From an uncultured Bacteroidales bacterium (GTDB taxonomy: Bacteria > Bacteroidota > Bacteroidia > Bacteroidales > JAAYJT01): 64,000 bases of DNA. Below, piece after piece: positions 25,549 to 35,000 of this stretch. Position 1 is the stretch's first letter. Every line of letters starts with the position of its first letter. The stretch spans positions 29,441 to 93,440 of the forward strand of contig CAYQRU010000001.1 of NCBI GenBank assembly GCA_964419945.1, written 5' to 3'. The notes under the pieces are model-generated. The model was not told where the DNA came from and did not search any database. It saw only the letters and a list, made by a program, of their open reading frames with translations. The translations under genes and the position numbers were made by a program.

Positions 25549-28500
25549 ATGAAAAAGATCATTACACTTATGGTCATGGTGGCTTTGGTTATCTCTTCAG
25601 CCATCGCACAAAATCCCTTCGGTAATGGCTCCGATGGAGTTTTGACAGTTAACCTTACCGAAACTATAACTATCAATACTGAGCGGGCTGCAGTTTCTGG
25701 TTATAATCCGGCAGGAAACAATACTATTTTTGTTGACAACCCAAACGGTATTGAAGTCGGCGATGAAGTTCTGATTATTTGTATGACCGATCCCGAAACC
25801 CCCATTGCGGAGAATATTGTGGGACAATGGGAAACACACTATGTTTCAGCCAGTGGATTTAATTTTATTGTACTTGAAACACCCCTGGTCAATTCTTACA
25901 ATGCCGCAAGCGGAAAGAAACACCAGGTGGTAAAAATTCCAAATTACACTCTGGTAGAAGTTAATGGTACCCTTACGTGTCCTGCATGGGACGGTAGTAG
26001 CGGTGGGATTTTATTTTTCAGGGCAAGCCAGGAAGTGGAAGTTTATGCTACCGGCATTATCACTTCCACCGGAAAAGGCTACCTAGGAGGCAGTCAGTTT
26101 GGAGATGGTCATGGTGGAGGCCAGGGAGGTGAAAGTTTTACAGGCTCAGGTGGTTATGGCGGGCATTCTTATGATCCTCATGGAAAAACCGGAGCCGCAG
26201 GTGGAGGTGCTTATTATGCGAACAAGAATGGTGGACATGCCATTTCGGGTGGCGGTGGCGGTTCTACCGGAGGAAGTATTGGTCTTGGCTCAACAAATAC
26301 AGGCGGAGCCGGTGGTGGCGGTGGCGGGCATACCGGAAGTGGCGGTGGTGCGGGTTATGGTACTTCCGGCTTTGGCGGCAATAGCTATAATAATAGCAAT
26401 AATGGACAAAACGGGGGTGAAAATTATTCAGGAAATGGTGGCAGCAATTACACCGGTGGCGGAGGCGGAGGCGGTGGAACTTATGGTTCAGCCGAACTCA
26501 GCAGACTTTTTCAGGGTTGCGGTGGTGGTTGTGGTGGCCGTCATGATGGATATACTCCTGGTTTTGGCGGTGCTGGAGGCGGATTACTTTATATCTCAGC
26601 AAGTGCTGTTGAATGTGCCGGAATCATTGTTTCTGCAGGTGGAAATGGAGGTAATGGTACGACATATTGCGGCGGCGGTGGCGGAGGAGCAGGGGGCTCA
26701 TTGTTGATTCAGGCTGTGGACATGAACCTGTCTAATAGTATCAGCACAGCCGGAGGGACCGGCGGAAGCAGCTATTATGGCAATAATGGGGGAAATGGTG
26801 GTAACGGACGCATCAGATTGAATTACTTCAATCTGGTTAATACCGGAACAATTACCCCCGATCCTTACATCAGCCAATTTGCTGCAAATATATTCCATCA
26901 TCCTCTCGTAAATACCAGTAACATCACCGGCCCCTATACAGTGTCGGCTTTAATTTATGATAATGAAGGTGATCCCATTACTTCAGCAAGCATTTATTAC
27001 AGGATAAATGGTGGAGCATTTTCACAGATCGTAATGAGCGAGAATAAAAACCTTCAGTCTTTTACAGGCAATATTCCAGGTCAGGTAGCTAATTCAACCA
27101 TCGAATATTATTTAAATGCTACTGATGGTACTGATATTTACACACTTCCACTGAGTGCCCCGGATGATCTTTTCAGTTTCCAGATTACCGGCCTTCCGGT
27201 CAGTGCATTTTCAGTAACTGATAACAACAACGGCACTGTCAGCCTCAACTGGAGAGAACCTTTGGAGATGACCTTCTTTACACATTACAGCATTTACCGC
27301 AGCGAGCAGGATGGATTCATTCCCAATTCGTTTAACCGCCTGGACAATAATATCACTGATACTACATATCTCGATATTACTGCTCAGGATTTTCATACCT
27401 ATTATTATGTTATTTCAGCCAACTTTAATTTCGGTGGAACAGTGGTTGAAGCGTTTTCAAATCAGTTATCGCTTCTGGTCAGTAACACAAGCCAAACCAC
27501 CGTACTCGGATATGCTTTTCTTGAGGACAGGAGTAACCATGCAAACATTAAGGTTAAATTTTTACCCCTCTCACCCAGCGCAGTTGCCGACAGCATTTAC
27601 ACCAACGCACTCGGATATTTCGAGTCACATAATATACTGCCTGGTATTTATACCATCATACTGAGCAAAACTGGCTTTCAAACTACTTATATCCGGGAGA
27701 ATTTGCTTATTCTCCAGGACACAGACCTTGGAGAATCAACTATTTATGATATGGGCACCACTGTTTCGGGCAATGTGTCAGGAAACTGGGAAGGTTTTTA
27801 CAGTGTTTCCGGAAACATTACCATTCCACAGGGGGACTCACTTATTATTGGTGCAGGAACAAAAATCCGTTTTCTAGGAGACTATGCTATGATTGTCTAC
27901 GGATACCTTGCCTGTAATGGTGCTGAAGGTGATACGGTACTTTTCACCTCAGCCCCGGCAAACCAGAACCAGCAGCCCAACCAATGGCAGCGTATTCGCT
28001 TTTACGACGCTGCCAACGATAATTCATACCTGAAATATACCAAAATTGAATACGCCAATGATGGTTTATACTTCGGATGGAGCGGGGCTTTGGTTGAAAA
28101 CTGCCTGATTCAGCGACATCAACGATATGGCATTTATTTTGAAAACTCTTATGCTGCCGTAATAAAAAATACCACAATAAGGAATCTGGGAGATGATGGA
28201 TTTCATTTGCAGGCATCGTATGTATCAGCCAGGAATGTGAATATATCTGATTACACCCACGAAGGCGCTTACCTGAACAACTACTCAAAACTTACCATCA
28301 GTTCGTCTGTGATACAAACAGGTCAATCAGGTGTTTATCTGGAAAATAGTTCTAATATTCAAGCTGATAGTTGCACCTTCACAGGAAATACTGAAATGGC
28401 ACTGTTTTTTCATTATTGCTATAGCAGGGGAAAAGTTACCAATTGTACAATTATCTCAAATTACAGGGGAATTTACCTGTACCATGTGTCGAGTCCGCAG

Positions 28501-31500
28501 ATTCTTAATAATGTCATAACCCAAAATTCCTGGGTTGGCATTGAATACTACTACGATTGCGATGCCCTTATCAAAGGAAACCAGATCATCAGTAATAATT
28601 ACGGAATTATTTTTAATTCTTCAAGTCATTACTGCGAGACACTGATAACGGGAAACCTGATAGCAAACAATACGGAAGATGGTATTCATAAAAACTCACA
28701 CACGGGTTATGTAACCAATCCTACAATAACCTACAATACCATTGCCGGCAATGGCAGATATGGCATTTATCTCGACAGGCCCGGTACGGAGGTCATCACC
28801 AATAATATTATTGTGAATAATGGCGCATGGGGTGTTTGTAATATTACAGCAGTTGAATCATTCGAAAATAACAATGTGAACGCAAATGCTTCAGGTGCAA
28901 TCTATAATCTTGCCAATATGCCTGTAGCCACATGGAACTTTGTATCAATAAATCCGAATAACAACGCGGTGTGCGATATTTACCGCAATATCAATGAAGA
29001 TCCTGTGTTTATGGGAACCGGATCTGAATTCTACCATCTTCAGGCTGTATCAAAGTGCATAAACGGTGGTACAAGTACCGTTTCAGATCCCGATGGCTCT
29101 ATCTCCGATATTGGCGCCTTCCCCTTTGATTTGGGGAATCCTCACCGGTTGTATACTACAGGAACCGGAGACCAGTATGTTTCGCTCGCCTGGGAGCCGG
29201 TTGGTAACGATTCACTCATTGATTACAATGTTTATTACAGACTTTCAGGGTTAAAAACCGCTTATACCTTTTTCGGGAATACAGCCGATACTGCTATCAA
29301 TGTTACTGGTTTGACCAATAACGAGCTGTACGATTTTACTATAACCGGCAATTATACTGACTATGAATCACCCTATGCACCTGAAGTAAGTGAGAAACCC
29401 GGAATTTCTTCAGCAGATTACGATCCAGGCTCTTTCAGTGTGTTAATCCCCACCGGATCACCCAATGCGGTTGAAAATTTCACCATTACCAATAACGGAA
29501 CAAGGGATCTGCATGTACAATTTGCCGAAGGTAACCCCAACCAGGCTTACGCTTACTTTGACGGCAGTGGCGATTTTGTGAGTTATGGTTACAAGAGTCA
29601 TTTGCAGGGGATGAGTGCGATGACAATGGAATGCTGGATATATCGCCAGAATAACGGCCATTTTGAGTTTATGGGAAAGTATTTCAGAAATTATCAACTG
29701 GCCATCAACAGCGGCCAAAGGGTGCATTTCTATAAAGGATACGGGACCATCAGCAATTATTCTTATCAGGAATGGGATACCTGGTATACAATCAATGCCA
29801 ACCAATGGTATCACATTGCTATGACCTGGCAGGGATCAACCTTGCGGTTGTACGTTAACGGAGCATTAGCCTGGTCAACAAATGATGCAAACTCAAATCC
29901 CATTCCGCTTGATTTTCACCAATACCCTTTTGAATTTGGCCGGAGGTCTGGCGAGAATTCTTATTACTTCCAGGGCCGGCTGGCCGAAGCCCGCATGTGG
30001 AATTATGCCCGCTCACAGGAGGAGATCAACAACAACATGTTTACCTCCCTCACAGGCAATGAAGAAGGTCTTTTAGGGTACTGGCCTCTGAGGGACGACT
30101 TCAATGACTACTCCTCTTACGGGATCAGTGGAACTCCGTATGGTAATGTAAACCTGCAGGCATCCGGAAACCTACCTTTTACCTTGTTTTCGGTTCCGCA
30201 GACTAACTATCAGGTAGCACCCGGACAATCTGAGATTATTCCGATCACCTTTATCAACCGTACTGATGTAAATTCAAAATATTTTACCACCAGATTGTTT
30301 TCCGATGATCCGGCAAAAAGTGATTATGAGATGGAAATCTTCCTTCAGTATGGCGAGATCGTTCCTGCAACCCCGGTATATTTCATCCCTGTGGCAGCTA
30401 CCGGAAAACCATACCCAATCGTAATAAAGGATGCTAAAATTGATGGCCAGACCATCGCCGTTGGCGACGAGATTGGGGTGTTTGACGGGGAGTTATGCGT
30501 TGGGGCAGGTATTTTTAACGGTACATTCAACTTTATCATCACAGCATGGGAAAGTGATCCTGCAAAGAGCCAACCAGGATTTACACCCGGAAATAATATG
30601 TCGTTCAGAATGTATGATACATCTGCCGACCTTGAAACCAACGAAGCAGAAGAGACCTATTTTATTGGCGATGATACCTTCGGTTACGGTTCTTTCTCGG
30701 CATTATCGCTCCTTGCCTCAGTGTTCAATATTCAAAGTGTGCCGGTTACGGGTGGACAGTTCAATCTTGTTTCGTTTAACATGTTTCCACGGTATGCCAA
30801 TGCATGGACAGTTTTCGGAGGTCTGGGCAACTTGCAGATTGTTTACAACGACGATGGCCAGGTACTCATTCCCGCATACAACATCAACACCATTGGTGAT
30901 ATCAATTTTTTAGATGGATTTTATCTTTTCAGCAATCAGAACGAAACCATTGAATACGAAGGCACTTTTATCCGCGCTGAGGACTGGGACATCACTGTGC
31001 AACCTAACAAATGGAACTATATCGCCATGTTGAGCCACAATCCGGTTGCTGTTACTGATGTATTTGCAGGATTGGAGAGCAGCATCAGCATTGTTCAGTC
31101 AGCAACGGGTAATGCCTGGATTCCATCCGAAAGTATTAATACATTGGGCAATATGCAACCCGGGCAAGGATATAAAATTGCCCTTGCGGTACCCAATCCT
31201 GTCACTTTTAGCTATCCTGCTTCAGGCAAATTCAGTCCTGCTTATGTACAAAATGTCTCTGGTCCTTCAGTCAAAGGCAAAGAAATTTCCCATTTTGATT
31301 TTACTGTTACAGGCCTGCCTTATGCAGTGATAGTAAGATTGATACCTGCATCCATTGCACTTTATGGTCTTGAACCCGGTGACGAGATCGGACTTTTTGA
31401 CGGGCAACAGTGCGTTGGAGCAGCTATCTATGAGGGATTTGACCAGTTGCTGATCACCACATGGCAAAAAGACCTGGCTCAGGGATTAAATGGTTATACA

Positions 31501-31923
31501 CCGGGGCATACTATCACTGCGGGAATTTACAGGCAATATTTTGGGTCAGAAACCAGGCATATGCTTAAAAAACCTTCAGGTGCTGTACCAACGTTTGGTG
31601 AGGGCAATTTTGCCAAAGCAGTACTTGATGTTGTGCCTGCAAGCGAAGAACCCATAAATTTCAATATCCAGCCTAATCCATTTAAGAACAATACTCTGAT
31701 AACACTTGGCTTGAATCAGAAGGAATATATTCGGTTAAGCGTTTATGACAATACAGGCCGCATGGTTAAAACCTTTGTCAACGGGCAACTGTCTCCTGAA
31801 ACATACTTTTTCAATTGGTATGGCACCGATGGAATTGGTAATAAATTGCATCCGGGTGTATACTTCATGATAACTGAAACTTCAGGAAGGATCATTACCG
31901 AAAAAGTGATTATTCTGCAATAA
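25549..31923 (+). CDS. 2124-aa secreted mosaic protein. Order: Gly-rich beta-helix-like N-region, Fn3, CarboxypepD_reg-like, right-handed parallel beta-helix (PbH1/NosD-like) repeats, Fn3, LamG, two copies of a ~115-aa module shared with the next gene, T9SS CTD.
   Basis: Signal peptide MKKIITLMVMVALVISSAIAQ. Poly-Gly tracts lie at ~26090-26830. PbH1-like repeats are seen (GIYFENSYAAVIKNTTI, GVYLENSSNIQADSCTF, GIYLYHVSSPQILNNVI, GIIFNSS, GIYLDRPGTEVITNNII). The LamG tail motif is LAEARMWNYARSQEEINNNM. The C-terminus NIQPNPFKNNTLITL...GVYFMITETSG is a T9SS CTD. Confidence 0.85.
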   Translation: MKKIITLMVMVALVISSAIAQNPFGNGSDGVLTVNLTETITINTERAAVSGYNPAGNNTIFVDNPNGIEVGDEVLIICMTDPETPIAENIVGQWETHYVSASGFNFIVLETPLVNSYNAASGKKHQVVKIPNYTLVEVNGTLTCPAWDGSSGGILFFRASQEVEVYATGIITSTGKGYLGGSQFGDGHGGGQGGESFTGSGGYGGHSYDPHGKTGAAGGGAYYANKNGGHAISGGGGGSTGGSIGLGSTNTGGAGGGGGGHTGSGGGAGYGTSGFGGNSYNNSNNGQNGGENYSGNGGSNYTGGGGGGGGTYGSAELSRLFQGCGGGCGGRHDGYTPGFGGAGGGLLYISASAVECAGIIVSAGGNGGNGTTYCGGGGGGAGGSLLIQAVDMNLSNSISTAGGTGGSSYYGNNGGNGGNGRIRLNYFNLVNTGTITPDPYISQFAANIFHHPLVNTSNITGPYTVSALIYDNEGDPITSASIYYRINGGAFSQIVMSENKNLQSFTGNIPGQVANSTIEYYLNATDGTDIYTLPLSAPDDLFSFQITGLPVSAFSVTDNNNGTVSLNWREPLEMTFFTHYSIYRSEQDGFIPNSFNRLDNNITDTTYLDITAQDFHTYYYVISANFNFGGTVVEAFSNQLSLLVSNTSQTTVLGYAFLEDRSNHANIKVKFLPLSPSAVADSIYTNALGYFESHNILPGIYTIILSKTGFQTTYIRENLLILQDTDLGESTIYDMGTTVSGNVSGNWEGFYSVSGNITIPQGDSLIIGAGTKIRFLGDYAMIVYGYLACNGAEGDTVLFTSAPANQNQQPNQWQRIRFYDAANDNSYLKYTKIEYANDGLYFGWSGALVENCLIQRHQRYGIYFENSYAAVIKNTTIRNLGDDGFHLQASYVSARNVNISDYTHEGAYLNNYSKLTISSSVIQTGQSGVYLENSSNIQADSCTFTGNTEMALFFHYCYSRGKVTNCTIISNYRGIYLYHVSSPQILNNVITQNSWVGIEYYYDCDALIKGNQIISNNYGIIFNSSSHYCETLITGNLIANNTEDGIHKNSHTGYVTNPTITYNTIAGNGRYGIYLDRPGTEVITNNIIVNNGAWGVCNITAVESFENNNVNANASGAIYNLANMPVATWNFVSINPNNNAVCDIYRNINEDPVFMGTGSEFYHLQAVSKCINGGTSTVSDPDGSISDIGAFPFDLGNPHRLYTTGTGDQYVSLAWEPVGNDSLIDYNVYYRLSGLKTAYTFFGNTADTAINVTGLTNNELYDFTITGNYTDYESPYAPEVSEKPGISSADYDPGSFSVLIPTGSPNAVENFTITNNGTRDLHVQFAEGNPNQAYAYFDGSGDFVSYGYKSHLQGMSAMTMECWIYRQNNGHFEFMGKYFRNYQLAINSGQRVHFYKGYGTISNYSYQEWDTWYTINANQWYHIAMTWQGSTLRLYVNGALAWSTNDANSNPIPLDFHQYPFEFGRRSGENSYYFQGRLAEARMWNYARSQEEINNNMFTSLTGNEEGLLGYWPLRDDFNDYSSYGISGTPYGNVNLQASGNLPFTLFSVPQTNYQVAPGQSEIIPITFINRTDVNSKYFTTRLFSDDPAKSDYEMEIFLQYGEIVPATPVYFIPVAATGKPYPIVIKDAKIDGQTIAVGDEIGVFDGELCVGAGIFNGTFNFIITAWESDPAKSQPGFTPGNNMSFRMYDTSADLETNEAEETYFIGDDTFGYGSFSALSLLASVFNIQSVPVTGGQFNLVSFNMFPRYANAWTVFGGLGNLQIVYNDDGQVLIPAYNINTIGDINFLDGFYLFSNQNETIEYEGTFIRAEDWDITVQPNKWNYIAMLSHNPVAVTDVFAGLESSISIVQSATGNAWIPSESINTLGNMQPGQGYKIALAVPNPVTFSYPASGKFSPAYVQNVSGPSVKGKEISHFDFTVTGLPYAVIVRLIPASIALYGLEPGDEIGLFDGQQCVGAAIYEGFDQLLITTWQKDLAQGLNGYTPGHTITAGIYRQYFGSETRHMLKKPSGAVPTFGEGNFAKAVLDVVPASEEPINFNIQPNPFKNNTLITLGLNQKEYIRLSVYDNTGRMVKTFVNGQLSPETYFFNWYGTDGIGNKLHPGVYFMITETSGRIITEKVIILQ
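31651..31920 (+). other. Type-A T9SS CTD of the 2124-aa protein.
   Basis: PINFNIQPNPFKNNTLITLGLNQKEYIRLSVYDNTGRMV...PGVYFMITETSGRIITEKVIILQ. Confidence 0.85.
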
Positions 31924-32005
31924 GGGTCAGGTTAAGCGCTTCAGCAAATCTCAGGATTTCTGATGATAGTACCTTGAAATAATGGAACTTAAACAACCTT
32001 GAATC

Positions 32006-35000
32006 ATGAATGCAAATAATATCAATATAAAAAACAGGCTGTTAAGCACAATCGTGCTCCTGATGCTTATCGCCGGAGCCCAAACTGCATTTTCACAAAA
32101 TTTTGCACTTAACTTTGATGGGAACGGGGATTTTGTGAATTTTGGAAATCCATCCGGGTTGCAGATTACAGGAAATCAAACCATTGAGATGTGGATTTAT
32201 CCAACTGCTCTGGATGCCAGACGTAACCCGGTGGCAAAAGCTTACGGTGGCGAGGGTACTGTTACGCTCGAAACCGATGGGTCTTTGTCATATTACTATG
32301 GCACCGGCGGTGGAAACAATAATCCTTACCAGGGAATTGGCTCTACCCCGATCCAGGCAAACACCTGGACACATATTGCCATTGTCAGAGACCTGACAAC
32401 CATGCGATTGTACTGGTATATCAACGGTAATCAGGTAGTGCATATTCCTGCGCAGTTTTCCTACGCCCAGAGCAGCACACTTCCTTTTTATATCGGCAGG
32501 GGTTATGTCAGCGATTTTAAAGGGATGATTGATGAGGTTAGAATCTGGAATGTGGCACGCTCTGCCTCAGAAATTGTGGCTTTTAAAAGCGTTGGATTAA
32601 CTGGCTCTGAGTCGGGACTGGCTGCTTACTGGCCTTTTGATGAAGGCAGCGGAACAATCATATCCGACAATACCTCCAGCGGCAACAACGGCACACTAAA
32701 TGGCAATACAGGTTTTGTTGCCAGTACGGCACCCATTATTCCATATCAGCCCGGCGGAGAACCCTTCGAACCAGTTCCACCAACCGGACTGCCTTATACA
32801 ATTGTCCTTTCAAATCTTACTATCAACGGAGAAGATATTTCATATGGTACCCAGATTGCTGTTTTTGACGATGAATTATGTGTAGGAACCACTTTTTATG
32901 ATGGCGAACCCAATCAGAGCCTTATAGCCTGGGAAGCTGATCCGGGTCAGAATCTCGCCGGTTTTACAGCCGGCAACCCCATGTCGTTCAAATTTCATGC
33001 TGCCTGGTATTCCGAACCGGTAAATTTCGACGCAGATGTAACCATCATGAAAGGGGATGGAAATTTCGGTTATGAAACTTTCAGCGTTGTAAATCTGAAT
33101 GCAATCACAACATTGGCTCCTGAAATAATGCTTTCTGCTGAATTGATGAATTTCAATGCGGTTATTGTGAATCAAAGCATTTCACTGCCTCTCGCTTTTG
33201 AAAACACCGGAACGGCAAATCTCTTCATTGGTTCAATGCAAAACAATACAACCTTTTTTACCAGGTCGGCCACCTCATTACTTATTGAGCCCGGTACACG
33301 CGATACCCTTTGGATCACCTTTACCCCTTTATCTGTAACTACTTACAGTGATATTCTGACATTTGTAACTGATGATCCAGGATTGCCTTCGGTAACAATT
33401 CCGCTTCACGGAACCGGGCTGCCGGTGCCAACACCTCAGATCACAGTTACACCTTTGAACCTGAATTTTGGCAGCATTGCCATGAATACATCCAAAACAA
33501 TGGTGATTAATATTTTAAATTCCGGAAACGGTAATTTATTGATTACCAATGTCACTTCATCCAATACAGCGTTTTCTGTATTGGGAAATACTGCCTTTTC
33601 GCTGGGGCAAAATGAAAATATCAATGTTGCCATGTCATTTGCGCCTGTGCAGGCCGGGGCTTACACCGGGCAGCTTACAATTCAGAGCAACGCACAGAAT
33701 ATAACGGTTCCGCTGTCCGGTATCGCTTTGCAGGGGCACTTCAGTGTTGTGTCTCCCACCGGAAAACCCTATGCTGTTATTGTCGAAAATGTTGATATTG
33801 ATGGCTTTAGCCCGCTTACTACCGATGAGGTAGCTGTTTTTGACGGAGAACTTTGTGTGGGAGTCGGTTCGTACGCTCAAGGCGGCAACAGCCTTCAGTT
33901 GAGTGGTAATGGTTATGTGATAAACAATAATTCCAACGCTTTTGATCTGCAGCAACTCACGATATCCGCATGGGTATATTCTTCCAATTTCAATCAAAAT
34001 GGGTTCGTATTTGAAAAAGGACCTGTAAACAGTCAGTATTCTTTGTTTTTTGAAGGCAGCAACATCAATTTCAGAACCTATCACACATCAGGCGGTTACG
34101 ACGATTTTTATCTGAACTGGTCTTCGATAGGAATTCAAAACAACAAATGGAATCACATCACAGCCACCTATGATGGTGTTCATAAACGTATGTATGTCAA
34201 CGGTCAGTTGAAAGCTATATTAAGTTACAACAAGACGCTGCGTACAGGTCAGGTAGGCCAGATCATTGGTGCTTACGGTGGTTCCGGTTCGAATTCTTAC
34301 TTCTTCAATGGAAATATTGATGAGGTCAGGGTTTGGAATCATGCGCGTTCGGTTTTTCAAATACAAAAGGAAATGTACCGGCAATTGGTTGGAAATGAAC
34401 CCGGACTGGTTGGCTACTGGAACTTTAACGATGGTAACATCAATAACCTTGTAGCAGGTTCAACACCTTCCTATCTTTCAGGTAATGCAAACACTCAGGG
34501 AATACAAAATATTGAAATTCTGACAAAATTAATGATTACTGCCTGGGAAAAGGATTTGCAACTGGGTTTGCCAGGTTATACTTCTGGCAATCCAATGAGT
34601 TTTAAGGTTTGGACTGAGGTTTACGATAATTGGGTAGAGGTCGAAACTATTCCGGAATATATTGTTGGTGATGGCAATTTTGGCTTCGGACAGTTGAGTA
34701 TCGTAAATCTCGAAGGGACTTCAGGATTGCAACCTGATATAGATGTAGCAGTTGAAAATATTTATGTGGGGCAGGTAACTGTTGGCTCGAGCGTCCAGAG
34801 TATTTTGCAGGTTACGAATCAGGGGAATGCTCCGCTTCAGATTTATGTAAGTGATAATTCGGATGTTTTTAGTACCGATATTGGTAACACAACAATTGCT
34901 CCGCTCAGCGCGACAAACATTCAGGTTACTTTTGCACCAGCTACCGCAGGAGGCTATGCAGGACTTTTGACAATCTCAGCCAATGATCCGGACCAACCGA

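Noticed and set aside
26099-26707. 202-aa ORF on the + strand in an alternative frame inside the 2124-aa gene.
   Set aside because: It lies entirely within the GGN-rich glycine tract. Its product (MV/VA/EA runs) is the frame-shifted reading of poly-Gly codons. The main frame is continuous and has recognisable domains on both sides.
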